Part shown: in pieces, positions 1-10,057 of the stretch
Layout of the letters: each line of letters opens with the position of its first letter
Numbering within the stretch: the stretch's first letter is position 1
Assembly: GCA_014729085.1 (NCBI GenBank)
Contig: WJKM01000016.1
Coordinates: forward strand, 36,598 to 100,597
Direction: 5' to 3'
Length of the DNA: 64,000 bases
From: Candidatus Dojkabacteria bacterium
Lineage (GTDB): Bacteria > Patescibacteriota > Dojkabacteria > B142 > WJKM01
Translations under genes and position numbers: made by a program
Notes under the pieces: model-generated
What the model saw: the letters and a program-made list of their open reading frames with translations, nothing else
What the model was told of the DNA's origin: nothing
Database searches by the model: none

Positions 1-132
1 TATGACCCTGACAAAGTTGGATATAATAGATTGAGTATTACAAAACAGGATTTTACAGCTAGTATGGTAACACCAATGAAGGAGGAAGCAACCGATTCTG
101 CTGAACCCTATCAAGAAGGAAACTCAAGTTAA
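1..132 (+). CDS. 3' end of an upstream gene (partial, hypothetical)
   Basis: Frame 1 open from base 1 (YDPDKVGYNRL...EGNSS) to TAA at 130-132, 18 bp before the ATPase. Confidence 0.55.
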   Translation, partial: YDPDKVGYNRLSITKQDFTASMVTPMKEEATDSAEPYQEGNSS

Positions 133-150
133 TTTTTAAAATCTGCTCAC

Positions 151-1971
151 ATGCTCGGGTTTGGAAAAAAGAAAAAAGAAGATCAACCAGATCAGAACAT
201 AATTAAAGAGAATGAGGCACTGAAACAGTTCAGTGAAGGTTTGTTAGACATCAAAGACATAATCGCGCCTTCGGCAATTGAGGTCGATTTTAATCATATG
301 CTTATTGGTAGTAAGTACTTTAGAACTTACTTTGCAAGTGGGTTTCCAAGATTTGTATCATCAAATTGGCTTTCTCCACTTATAAATTTTGATCATCCTA
401 TTGATATTAGTACGTTTTATTATCCGGTAGATTCAGGATTAATTATGCAGCGTTTACGAAGAAAGATTGCAGAGATGGAGGCAACCCTTTCTTTGGAAGT
501 AGAAGCTGGAAAGATTCCGGATGCTACTGTGAAGGTAGCTTTAGAAGATGCAAAAGAACTTCAAAACACGATTGCCTCAGGAAAGGAGAAATTTTTCCAC
601 TACGCTTTGTATATGACAATTAGGGCAGACACTCTAAAAGAATTGGAGAAAATATCTAGAAATTTGGAATCAACACTAGCTTCTATCGGGATTATTGTGA
701 AGATTGCAACTCTACAGCAAGAACAGGGGTTGCAGAGTATATTACCTATTGGGCTTGATAAAATTTATTTGACGAGAAATATGGATACAACTTCCATAGC
801 CACTACATTTCCTTTTGTAAGTTCGGAATTGACTATGGAAGAGGGAATGTTATACGGCATTAATAAGCATAATAGAAGTTTAGTAATATTTGACAGATTC
901 AGCTTACAGAATGCAAACATGGTAGTATTTGCAACCTCTGGTGCTGGGAAAAGTTATATGATTAAACTGGAGGCAATGAGAAGTCTTATGTTGGGCGTTG
1001 ATGTGATAGTTATTGATCCGGAAAAGGAATATGAGAAATTATGCAATACCATAGGAGGGGAATATATATCTTTTTCTCAAGACTCATCGCAGAAACTAAA
1101 TCCATTTGAACTTTCTGGAATGTTTGATAAAGAAGAAGATGAGTTGAGATTTAAAATACTTTCGTTACATGGGTTGATTAAATTAATGATAGGCGGAACA
1201 ACCTCTCCCGAAGAGGATGCCATAATTGATCGTGCATTAATACTTACTTATCGAGAAAAAGGAATTACACCAGATCCAGCAACTCATAGAAAAGAACCCC
1301 CGCTTTTAGAAGATTTGTACAAAATTTTAAAAGCTATGGCAGAAAAGCAAGCGCACCAGATAGCAGATAGATTGAGCAAGTATTTGAAGGGAAGCGCATC
1401 TGGAATTTTTGACCAAAAGTCATCGGTTGAACTTAGGAATACTTTTACAGTATTTAGCGTTCGGGATTTAGCTGAGGAATTAAGACCCATCGCAATTTAC
1501 ATGATGCTTGATTATGTATGGACTCGAATTAAAAAGGACAAGAGACAAAGACTTATGATAATTGACGAGGCATGGTGGATGATGAAATACGAAGATTCAG
1601 CAAGGTTTTTACATTCTCTAACAAAAAGAGCAAGGAAATACGGACTTGGAATTACTACTATTACTCAGGATGTAGAAGATTTCTTAAGTTCAGATTATGG
1701 AAAAGCAATTGTGACAAACTCTGCTATTCAAATACTTATGAAACAAAGTGCAGTAGCTGTAGATAAACTTAAAAAATTATTCTATCTTTCCGAGGGAGAA
1801 AAATTATTTCTGCTTTCAGCTGGAATTGGAGAAGGTCTCTTTTTTGCAGGTTCTAATCATGTTGCAATTCAAGTAATAGCTTCGGAGAATGAGCATAATT
1901 TAGTTACGACAAACCCGAAGGAAACTATTTTCCAGGAAGTTGAGCAGATTGAAAATCAGCAAAAAGCTTAA
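151..1971 (+). CDS. VirB4/TraG-like P-loop ATPase (common CPR type)
   Basis: Walker A ATSGAGKS, IDPEKEY, Walker B IIDEAW, RARKYG and TQDVEDF motifs. Confidence 0.9.
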   Translation: MLGFGKKKKEDQPDQNIIKENEALKQFSEGLLDIKDIIAPSAIEVDFNHMLIGSKYFRTYFASGFPRFVSSNWLSPLINFDHPIDISTFYYPVDSGLIMQRLRRKIAEMEATLSLEVEAGKIPDATVKVALEDAKELQNTIASGKEKFFHYALYMTIRADTLKELEKISRNLESTLASIGIIVKIATLQQEQGLQSILPIGLDKIYLTRNMDTTSIATTFPFVSSELTMEEGMLYGINKHNRSLVIFDRFSLQNANMVVFATSGAGKSYMIKLEAMRSLMLGVDVIVIDPEKEYEKLCNTIGGEYISFSQDSSQKLNPFELSGMFDKEEDELRFKILSLHGLIKLMIGGTTSPEEDAIIDRALILTYREKGITPDPATHRKEPPLLEDLYKILKAMAEKQAHQIADRLSKYLKGSASGIFDQKSSVELRNTFTVFSVRDLAEELRPIAIYMMLDYVWTRIKKDKRQRLMIIDEAWWMMKYEDSARFLHSLTKRARKYGLGITTITQDVEDFLSSDYGKAIVTNSAIQILMKQSAVAVDKLKKLFYLSEGEKLFLLSAGIGEGLFFAGSNHVAIQVIASENEHNLVTTNPKETIFQEVEQIENQQKA

Positions 1972-2216
1972 GGTACTCCATTAAATACTAACATATCCGT
2001 AGTTGTGGCTCGTTGTTGAGCAGGAGTTCTGTAGTCTTCGATAGCTGTCTGTAGAGGTAATACTTCTGGCCATTTTCCAGTTTGATTACAAATTTCTTGT
2101 TTAGCGCGAAGTTCTTGTAAGCATAAATCAAATACAGTTGTTCCTCTTTCTGGGTCTAAAATTATTGCAGCTTCACTAGGTAAAATACTAAGGGGGGGGA
2201 ATGTAAGTCTTTCCAT
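1968..2216 (-). CDS. hypothetical protein
   Basis: 82-aa ORF convergent with the ATPase; AT-rich upstream region. Confidence 0.5.
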   Translation of the reverse strand: MERLTFPPLSILPSEAAIILDPERGTTVFDLCLQELRAKQEICNQTGKWPEVLPLQTAIEDYRTPAQQRATTTDMLVFNGVP

Positions 2217-2313
2217 AATATCTTAGTTTAAAATATAAGATACTTTCTTCGATTATAATTTATTGTATAAGTTTATACAAATTAGATATTACTCAATTCT
2301 TAAAAGTATTATT

Positions 2314-2694
2314 AACCAATCCATAAGCCGCATTCTGTATCCCCCCGTTTTACAGGGTTGAGATAATCATTTGTCTATGCCCCCGTAAAACGGGGTTGCT
2401 CCAGGCAGGGATTACCTTGCTCACGTAAATTACTTCACGTGACGGTGTGCTCTTACCACACCCTTTCAGCCTTACCATGAAGTAAACTAGTCTACTTCAT
2501 GACGGTTTCCTCTCTGTTGCTCTGTACCGTAAATTTACATCTACCCAGCTTAGTTCCCGTACCATAAGGTAAAGGATTTATTCCTGGTGCCACTTTCCTC
2601 ATGTACAAGAAAGTACATGATTTTGGAGTGCGGACTTTCCTCCCTCCTTTATTCCGAGAAATCGGAATTTAGGAGAGCGATTATCCAGATTGGT
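2314..2694 (-). ncRNA. rnpB: RNase P RNA
   Basis: Minus strand has GAGGAAAGTCC near the 5' end and ACAGAATGCGGCTTA near the 3' end; ends ACCAATC/GATTGGT pair as P1; many internal hairpins. Confidence 0.95.
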
Positions 2695-2711
2695 ATATTA
2701 ATTATACCATT

Positions 2712-3380
2712 TCACACCTCTTTTGGTCTTTTAAGAAGTGAAATCAAGTCATTAATAGGAGAAAAATAGAAGCTAAGATTCTTATAAACCCATTTCGTTA
2801 GGATTTTTGTAGTTGTTTTGATTTCATTCTGATCAATTATTTGATTATCCTTTAGTTTTTTAAAAAACATATCTCTTAACTTATTCCTTTGAAATATATC
2901 TATAAAAAGAAATAATGTAATAAACAAGAGCAAAATCACATTAATTTTTCTAAGTATTTCATCTTCTCTAAAAATTAAGGCTAAAAAAGTTACTCCAATT
3001 GTTAAATACCATATAATTTCCAACCAAACTTTAATTAAGTCCTGAATTTTAAACCACTGTGATCCACTGCCAAGAATATAGATTGAAGTTTTTAAGATTT
3101 CTTGAAGAATTGGCATTTGAGCAATCTTGGAATTAATAATCAGTGTATTTGAGTGAATATCAAGATGTGTTTTTGTTTTGTCTGGTTCTATATTTATATT
3201 TACTTTGTTATCTTGATTTTTTAGAAGAACTTTAATTGTTTGAATAGAATCTAAATTTCTGGAACTTACTTTAGGTTTCGTTTTGTTTTTTATACTTATT
3301 AAAAGATATCCAATTATAAATACTAGGTGTAGACTAAACAATAAGAAAATATTTTTATAAAGATATAAATATTCTTGCAT
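2712..3380 (-). CDS. hypothetical membrane protein
   Basis: About three hydrophobic segments, no recognisable motif. Confidence 0.6.
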   Translation of the reverse strand: MQEYLYLYKNIFLLFSLHLVFIIGYLLISIKNKTKPKVSSRNLDSIQTIKVLLKNQDNKVNINIEPDKTKTHLDIHSNTLIINSKIAQMPILQEILKTSIYILGSGSQWFKIQDLIKVWLEIIWYLTIGVTFLALIFREDEILRKINVILLLFITLFLFIDIFQRNKLRDMFFKKLKDNQIIDQNEIKTTTKILTKWVYKNLSFYFSPINDLISLLKRPKEV

Positions 3381-3540
3381 TTTATAACATTGTTGAATAG
3401 ATAATTATAGATATTTTGCTTCAATCAATAAATAAATATCTTTAGTTATATTGATTTTATTATTCTTTTTAATTATTATTAATATAATATTATCACTATA
3501 AATACTGCAAAGTAATATTTAAATTTTAGAATATCAATAT

Positions 3541-4329
3541 ATGAAGAGTTCTACAGGGGTGTTCGCAATTTCAGTTGTTGTAGCTTTAGTTATGTTAGTT
3601 GGCTTAATTTTGTTTTTTAATGAAAGTGAGCCACCTGAACCACCAACCTTACCATTGCAAGTAGTAGAATATACAGACTTTCAATGTCCTGCATGTAAAC
3701 AATTTTCTCATGTTGGTGATGAGCTTAATGAGAAGTTTGGACAAGATTTGGCCTATGAATTCAAACATTTTCCATTGGAGTCAATTCATCCAAGATCTTA
3801 TGAGGCAGCGGTTGCATCCGAGGCTGCTCGTGAACAAGATAGTTTTAAACAATATCATGATATTTTATTTGAAAATCAGGACAATTTAGAAGATGAAGAT
3901 TTTGTAAAATATGCCGAACAATTGGAATTAGATACTGAAAAATTTAAAGATGATTATGAAAATAATGAAGAGTTAAAAGCTAGAGTGGATGAAGACTTAG
4001 CTGATGCCGAAGAGAAGGGCCTAAATTCTACTCCAACATTCTATATTAACAAGGAAAAGTATGATTTCGATAATAACAAGAATGTAGAAGAAAATATCAA
4101 CCTTATGTATGAGTATATTCAGGATCTAATTGATCAAGCAGGTATAAATCAATCAAGTCAGGATGCAGGTGATCTTGACGAAACAGAACCGGCTCAAGGA
4201 GATGATGCTCAAACCGAAGATGAAGAAGCAGAACAAGGCGAATCTGAGGAAGAACCTACAGATGGAGATGATACATCAGAATCGCAAGTTTCTGAGGAAA
4301 CTTCAGATTTGGAAAATCCAGAAGAATAA
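3541..4329 (+). CDS. DsbA-family thiol-disulfide oxidoreductase with acidic C-terminal tail
   Basis: N-terminal TM, EYTDFQCPAC, KHFPL, cis-Pro STPTF. Confidence 0.9.
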   Translation: MKSSTGVFAISVVVALVMLVGLILFFNESEPPEPPTLPLQVVEYTDFQCPACKQFSHVGDELNEKFGQDLAYEFKHFPLESIHPRSYEAAVASEAAREQDSFKQYHDILFENQDNLEDEDFVKYAEQLELDTEKFKDDYENNEELKARVDEDLADAEEKGLNSTPTFYINKEKYDFDNNKNVEENINLMYEYIQDLIDQAGINQSSQDAGDLDETEPAQGDDAQTEDEEAEQGESEEEPTDGDDTSESQVSEETSDLENPEE

Positions 4330-4346
4330 ATAATATATAAGTATTA

Positions 4347-6842
4347 ATGGAATCAAAAAAGCTTAAAAAAATGAAGGAAAGCATTCAAAGAATTAAAAAC
4401 AGAATACTTAAAAAAAGCCGACTTCCTTCATCAAAAAAAAGAAAATTTATAGGTATGTTTTCTATGCTTTTTGTACTTGGTTTTATGGCAATGATCATCG
4501 GATTAAGCTTATATAAAAAACCTCAGACTACTGAAGAGGGTGAAGCTGCCGAGACAGTCTATTGTCCGACTGGAACTATTGCACAGGGCGCAGACGGAAA
4601 TGATTATTGCTGGCATATTGGGGCAGCTGGAGAAACATGTTCTGAGGTATGTGGGGAAGCAGGAGGAGAATGTAGTAATGGTAATTGGAATGATACTAAT
4701 ACCTGTTCACTTGCTAAAGAAATTGTAAGATATGTTGATTGTGATCAGGGTTGTATTGAAGATAGTTCAGCAACAAACAATACAGCACCTGCCTATGAAA
4801 TGAGTTTAGGAGTTGGGTCTACTTGTTATTATCGTAGTAATTCTGTTGATGTCAATTGTGAGGCTGAACAGGCTGTGCCAGGAGACTTTAGGTTACGACT
4901 TTGTGCATGTACGATTGCAAGACCAGCAGAAGATAATTGTAGTAATGGAATAGATGATGATCAAGATGGGGATATAGACTGCGATGATAGCGATTGCAGT
5001 GATGATAGTAACTGTTGGGTTTGTAGTGTACCGGAAGATTGTGGTGAAGATCAGACTTCAACAATTGGTTTCCGCTGTACAGACGAAGGTAGAGTCAGAG
5101 AAGAGTCTACTATTTCTTATAATTGTATTGATCATCAATGCTTAGGAATGGGTGCTATTGGCTTATTGCCAGCACCTTGTGGCTCAAGTCCTGATTCTAC
5201 TAACCATGAATGTAGAGATGAGGGAATTTGTTATGTTCCAGGAACAAATAATGCATGTCCTGCAGATCCTTTCTCCCTATTATCGGATGATGAATCCAGT
5301 GTAACCTTAAGATGGGATCCGGCTCCAATTGAAAGTGTGACAAATTATACATTGAATATTAAAGCAGCTGATTCTGATCACGTATTCTCGACTCAAGTAT
5401 TTCATGATTCTGATCCAACAACAAAAATTGAATATACCCACTCAAACTTACAAAGCGGTCATACATATGAATGGTGGGTTGATACATTCGATAGCGAGGG
5501 TAATGCAGTATGCAGTATGCAAGGGGATGATACATTTAGTACTCAAGCTGAAAAACCAAATGCTCCGGAATTTGATCCAACTTCAGGTTCTAAATTTTTA
5601 AATACTCTAGATGTAACAATAAGTGTAGAAGAGTCGGATGTAGATATAATTAAATACAATATCAATAATGGCGGTTGGGTGGAATATACCTCTGAAGATA
5701 AACCGCTTTCAGTAACATTTACAATTGATGAAACTTCGATCGTCAGTGCTAAAGCAGTAAGGGCTGGTATCGAAAGTGACAGAGTAACTGTGGAATATGA
5801 AAAAGAGAAACCACCTGTACCTGAAATAAGTCCTAATTCCGGTACAACCTTTAAAGGTTCTTTAACTATCACTTTAGAAGCATCAACAGCTTTAATAGAT
5901 AAACTAGAATATCAAATCAATGATGGTGAATGGATAGAATATACCTCTGATACCAAGCCACTACAAACAAGATTTGATATTCAAGAAAGTGCAACGATTA
6001 AAGCTAGGGCTTACATGGGGGAAGATGTGAGTGATACAATAGTTGCGACTTATGAAAAACAAAGTTTAGAAAAACCTACAAATTTGCAATATTCATGTTC
6101 GGAAAATGGAGCAACAGTTAATTTTTCTTGGAGTCCAGTCGCAGGTGCAGGATCATACCTAATCAGAATTAATAAAGATGGAGAATTCGAACCCAACGAT
6201 CCTACTACTGGTGATTTGTTTGTTTTTACAACAAGTACTAGCCAAACAGTTCCAAATATAATGGCTAATCAAATATACAATTCATGGTCGGTACAGCCTT
6301 TGTTTACTACTGAAAATGATCCGGATGAGTATGTACATACGTTAGATAGAATCGTTGAAGGTGGAAGTTTTAAATGTAATGTTGCAGATCCAAATATTCC
6401 TATAATAAATCCATATCCAATTATGACTTTTCTTCCAGGACTACAGATTACTGGATCAAAAGCCCCTAACACTTCTATTTTGGTAAATGGAGTTGAGCAG
6501 GTTCCTGTTGATGCCTCAACAAGTTGGAGTACCCATATCCAGCTAACCGATTATGGAATTAACACTTTTCAAATTACTAGCAAAAATACAGCCGGTATAG
6601 AAAGTATTGCTGTTCCGGTTCATATCCGAAGATGTATTTATGGTGACATTAATTGTGATGGAACAGTCAATATAGTCGACTTCGCACGGTTTATACAAGC
6701 AATTAGATCTCAGGTGTCCCTGGATCAAGGTAGAATGACGGAACGGTACAGTTTTATGATGCTTGCGGATATGAATTCAGATAAAAGAAACGATATTCGT
6801 GATTTCGGTCTGTTTAAGAATGAATATCTCAAACACAACTAA
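4347..6842 (+). CDS. Cys-rich membrane-anchored surface protein with FN3/Ig-like repeats and C-terminal dockerin-like domain
   Basis: TM near N-terminus; CSNGIDDDQDGDIDCDDSDC; two related ~85-aa repeats; GDINCDGTVNIVDF and ADMNSDKRNDIRDF. Confidence 0.8.
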   Translation: MESKKLKKMKESIQRIKNRILKKSRLPSSKKRKFIGMFSMLFVLGFMAMIIGLSLYKKPQTTEEGEAAETVYCPTGTIAQGADGNDYCWHIGAAGETCSEVCGEAGGECSNGNWNDTNTCSLAKEIVRYVDCDQGCIEDSSATNNTAPAYEMSLGVGSTCYYRSNSVDVNCEAEQAVPGDFRLRLCACTIARPAEDNCSNGIDDDQDGDIDCDDSDCSDDSNCWVCSVPEDCGEDQTSTIGFRCTDEGRVREESTISYNCIDHQCLGMGAIGLLPAPCGSSPDSTNHECRDEGICYVPGTNNACPADPFSLLSDDESSVTLRWDPAPIESVTNYTLNIKAADSDHVFSTQVFHDSDPTTKIEYTHSNLQSGHTYEWWVDTFDSEGNAVCSMQGDDTFSTQAEKPNAPEFDPTSGSKFLNTLDVTISVEESDVDIIKYNINNGGWVEYTSEDKPLSVTFTIDETSIVSAKAVRAGIESDRVTVEYEKEKPPVPEISPNSGTTFKGSLTITLEASTALIDKLEYQINDGEWIEYTSDTKPLQTRFDIQESATIKARAYMGEDVSDTIVATYEKQSLEKPTNLQYSCSENGATVNFSWSPVAGAGSYLIRINKDGEFEPNDPTTGDLFVFTTSTSQTVPNIMANQIYNSWSVQPLFTTENDPDEYVHTLDRIVEGGSFKCNVADPNIPIINPYPIMTFLPGLQITGSKAPNTSILVNGVEQVPVDASTSWSTHIQLTDYGINTFQITSKNTAGIESIAVPVHIRRCIYGDINCDGTVNIVDFARFIQAIRSQVSLDQGRMTERYSFMMLADMNSDKRNDIRDFGLFKNEYLKHN

Positions 6843-6888
6843 TATATCCTCAATGTAATTTATGTAATAATTTATTGTATTATTCTTT

Positions 6889-7998
6889 ATGAATTCCCAA
6901 AGAATTCAAAATCTTCAAACGAAACTTGATACTCTTGACGTAGGCGCTTTTATTATCACAAATACCGAAAATATTTACTATTATACTGGTTTCAAAGGAA
7001 TTAGTGAGAAGGGCAGGGAAGCTATGGTTGTTGTCCCAAAAGTAGGAAAAGTCACTTTAATTGTCCCTCGAATGTATGAATTGCAAGCTCAAAATTTAAA
7101 TAGTGTCCAAAATAATACTATCAGTATAGAAGTTTTAGATAAGTCTGAAAGTTTTATTAATAAGTTGAGTAAGATTGTTTCTTCAATAAGCAAATTTTTA
7201 ATGGAGGAATATGATTTGAATATTGAAGAATATAATAAATTAAAAGAGAAATTGGAAGGTGAATTCATAAAATCAGATAAGCTTTTGTATAAATTAAGAA
7301 GCATAAAAGATACTGAAGAAATGAAACTAATTAAAAAAGCAGTGTGGTTAACAGATTTAACTTTTGAAAAAATTGTGGATTTTCTTCAAACAAATGACTA
7401 TACCAAGTTTACGGAAATAGACATCGCAGAAAAAATTAGATCTATTAGTTTTGAACTGGGAGGTGAAGGCTTAAGTTTTAGACCAATAGTAGCATGCACT
7501 AAGGCAAGTGCGCAACCTCACTATTTACCCAGAAGTCAGAAATTACAAAAAAACTCAATTCTTCTAATAGATTTAGGAGTTAAGTACAAAGGATATGGAG
7601 GAGATTTGACTAGAACTCTATTTCTCGGACGTGCAGATAAAGAGGTAAAAAGTACGTTTAAGTATGTATTACACTGCAATGAGAAATGTATTGATTTATG
7701 TAAAAGTGGTGTTAAGTTCAGCAGTATTCAGAAAAAAGCAGTGGAATATTTCGGAAAATATGGATTAGAAGAGTATTTCATACATAGTATCGGACATGGA
7801 TTAGGACTTGATGAGCATGAGTTTCCTTTTCCAGGAGGTATAGATGATGAGTTGAGAGAGGGAATGGTTTTTACAATTGAACCAGGTCTATACTTTCCTG
7901 ACAAATATGGCATTAGGATTGAAGATGTTCTTATAATTTCTAAAAATGGAGTTGAAGTAATTAGTAACCAAACTAAACAAATTTTACTTGAAATCTAG
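6889..7998 (+). CDS. Xaa-Pro aminopeptidase, M24 family
   Basis: IDLG, DLTRT, HSIGHGLGLDEHE, TIEPGLY, GIRIED. Confidence 0.92.
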   Translation: MNSQRIQNLQTKLDTLDVGAFIITNTENIYYYTGFKGISEKGREAMVVVPKVGKVTLIVPRMYELQAQNLNSVQNNTISIEVLDKSESFINKLSKIVSSISKFLMEEYDLNIEEYNKLKEKLEGEFIKSDKLLYKLRSIKDTEEMKLIKKAVWLTDLTFEKIVDFLQTNDYTKFTEIDIAEKIRSISFELGGEGLSFRPIVACTKASAQPHYLPRSQKLQKNSILLIDLGVKYKGYGGDLTRTLFLGRADKEVKSTFKYVLHCNEKCIDLCKSGVKFSSIQKKAVEYFGKYGLEEYFIHSIGHGLGLDEHEFPFPGGIDDELREGMVFTIEPGLYFPDKYGIRIEDVLIISKNGVEVISNQTKQILLEI

Positions 7999-8001
7999 TA
8001 T

Positions 8002-8292
8002 TTATCTAGCCTTCCCACGCCAGAACGGCTGCGTAATATCCATAAGACCAGCTAAGGAAACTTCGAAGGGGTTTTGTTGCGAAATATAACATTCGTTAGA
8101 CCCTACGTTTTTTCCAGATAAAATATTTCCATCAAATCTGGGGTCACAGACATTTATACCTATTGGGCATTCTTTGCAATGAGCGCTCACAATGAAACTT
8201 CTAACAAAATTAAGTACATCAGGGTTTATTTTTTGGATTAGTGCTTCATGGGGTATAGTTATATCAGGATTGTAAGTATATCTTTCTTCCAT
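8002..8292 (-). CDS. hypothetical protein
   Basis: 96-aa ORF downstream of trxB with CxxC (CKEC) and further Cys. Confidence 0.55.
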   Translation of the reverse strand: MEERYTYNPDITIPHEALIQKINPDVLNFVRSFIVSAHCKECPIGINVCDPRFDGNILSGKNVGSNECYISQQNPFEVSLAGLMDITQPFWRGKAR

Positions 8293-8313
8293 AGATATGA
8301 AGGTTAAAGCATT

Positions 8314-9252
8314 TTATTCCTTTTTTGTTATCTCTTGTTCTTCCAACCACCTCTTGCAGTCTATTGATGCCATACAGCCAATACCTGCAGATACTATTGC
8401 CTGCCTGTAAAGATAATCGCTTGCATCACCTGCTGCAAAAATACCGTTTTCGCTTGTGATTGTATTTTTTTTGACTTTAATATAACCGGCTTTATCTAGT
8501 TCTACAGCATTTTTTAGAAAATCAGTATTCGGAATTGATCCAATTGCAAGAAACATTCCGTCAACTGTGAGTTCCGATTCCTCATTAGTTTGGTTGTTCA
8601 TAATTTTCAAGGCATTTACTGTTTCTTTCCCGAGTACATCTTGTACTTCAGTATTATAGATAAACTCAATCTTGGAGTTTTCCCTTGCTCTCTTCTGCAT
8701 AATTTCACTAGCACTTAGCGTACTTCTTCTGTGGATTACATAAACCTTGGTAGCAAATTTTGTAAGGAAGGTTGATTCTTCCATAGCACTATCCCCACCA
8801 CCGACTACAGCTACTACCTTATCTTTGTAAAAAGCACCATCACAGGTTGCACAAGTATGAACACCGCGACCCCATAAACGCTTTTCGTTTTTAAGTCCTA
8901 ACCTTCTTGGGGAAGAACCAGGAGAAAGAATAACCGATTGAGCTTGAAATTCTTTATCTCCACTATAAATTATATTGATTTCACTTTCGAAGTTCACCCT
9001 GTCTACTTTATTATATTCAATTTTAGTTCCGAATTTTTGAGCTTGTTTTATTACTCTCTGCATTAGTTGAGGCCCTTTGATTCCTTCGGGAAAACCTGGG
9101 AAGTTTTCTACTTCTGTGGTTGTTGTAAGTTGTCCTCCCGGTTGCTGACCTGCAAGTAAAAGTGTATCAAGTCCGGCTCTGGAAGTGTATATTGCGGCTG
9201 TAAGGCCAGCAGGCCCAGAACCTACTATTATGACATCATATATTTTCGTCAT
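8314..9252 (-). CDS. trxB: thioredoxin-disulfide reductase
   Basis: GSGPAG, CATCDG, GGGDSA, FAAGD. Confidence 0.97.
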   Translation of the reverse strand: MTKIYDVIIVGSGPAGLTAAIYTSRAGLDTLLLAGQQPGGQLTTTTEVENFPGFPEGIKGPQLMQRVIKQAQKFGTKIEYNKVDRVNFESEINIIYSGDKEFQAQSVILSPGSSPRRLGLKNEKRLWGRGVHTCATCDGAFYKDKVVAVVGGGDSAMEESTFLTKFATKVYVIHRRSTLSASEIMQKRARENSKIEFIYNTEVQDVLGKETVNALKIMNNQTNEESELTVDGMFLAIGSIPNTDFLKNAVELDKAGYIKVKKNTITSENGIFAAGDASDYLYRQAIVSAGIGCMASIDCKRWLEEQEITKKE

Positions 9253-9297
9253 TGTTGAAAATCATTAATTTTATAAAGTTTTACTAAATAAATGGAC

Positions 9298-9648
9298 TTA
9301 TTCAGAATCGCTTGAATCCTCCAAATATTTCCCGATTGCTTCTACATAAGTATCTTTAGATTGAACGCCAACTATTGTCTCTTGAGGTTCACCCTGTTTA
9401 AAGAGCATTACAGTTGGGATGCTCATGATGTTGTATTTGCCTGCTGTTTCAGGATTTTCGTCAACATTCACTTTATATACTTTTGCTTTATCACTTACTT
9501 CCTCTGCCACTTCTTCGATTATTGGGCCAAGCATTTGGCAAGGACCGCACCATGGAGCCCAGAAATCAATAAGAACTGGAGTTTCTGCTGTGTCAATAGT
9601 AGATTGGAAATTACTATCTTCTAATACTTCTGGTTTTGCTTCTTTCAT
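9298..9648 (-). CDS. trxA: thioredoxin
   Basis: WAPWCGPC, IMSIPT. Confidence 0.97.
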   Translation of the reverse strand: MKEAKPEVLEDSNFQSTIDTAETPVLIDFWAPWCGPCQMLGPIIEEVAEEVSDKAKVYKVNVDENPETAGKYNIMSIPTVMLFKQGEPQETIVGVQSKDTYVEAIGKYLEDSSDSE

Positions 9649-9674
9649 AATAATTTTATAGTTTATATAAAAAT

Positions 9675-9914
9675 TTAAATACTTTTAATAATTTCTTTTA
9701 TGAACATCCGGCAGTTTTCTTCATCTTTGCAGCTAAGTTTTAAACAAGATACAAGTTTTTCCTCAGAATATTTCTGTAATATTGAATCTAAAGCAGATTT
9801 AACAGCTTTAATCTGAGTTATTACTTCGGAATATTCCTTCCCATTATCAATCATTTTAGAAATTCCTTCAAGCTGTCCTATTACATTGTTTATTCGTTGC
9901 TTATGTGTTTTCAA
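9675..9914 (-). CDS. CsoR/RcnR-family transcriptional repressor (probable TTG start at 9914)
   Basis: RINNVIGQLEGISKMI...EVITQIKAVKSAL signature. Confidence 0.85.
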   Translation of the reverse strand: MKTHKQRINNVIGQLEGISKMIDNGKEYSEVITQIKAVKSALDSILQKYSEEKLVSCLKLSCKDEENCRMFIKEIIKSI

Positions 9915-10026
9915 TATATGAAAATAAAATTTAATTATAAACAAAATAATTTTATTTATGACCGTAAATTCAAGCTAGCAATATAAGTTTTTTTAGATAG
10001 CCTATGTTTGAATTGATGGCTTTAAA

Positions 10027-10056
10027 AGTATACAACATACCCCTGGGGGGTGTCAA
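10027..10056 (-). promoter_or_regulatory. sigma70 promoter with CsoR-type C/G-tract operator in the spacer
   Basis: Minus strand TTGACA-N18-TATACT; spacer carries ATACCCCTGGGGGGTGT (plus strand). Confidence 0.8.
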
Positions 10057-10057
10057 G

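Noticed and set aside
151-1971. Conjugative element (ICE)
   Set aside because: No relaxase, integrase or other T4SS genes follow within the window; lone VirB4-like genes are common chromosomal CPR genes. Upstream context is not visible.
2587-2769. 60-aa ORF
   Set aside because: Antisense to the RNase P RNA and overlaps another gene.
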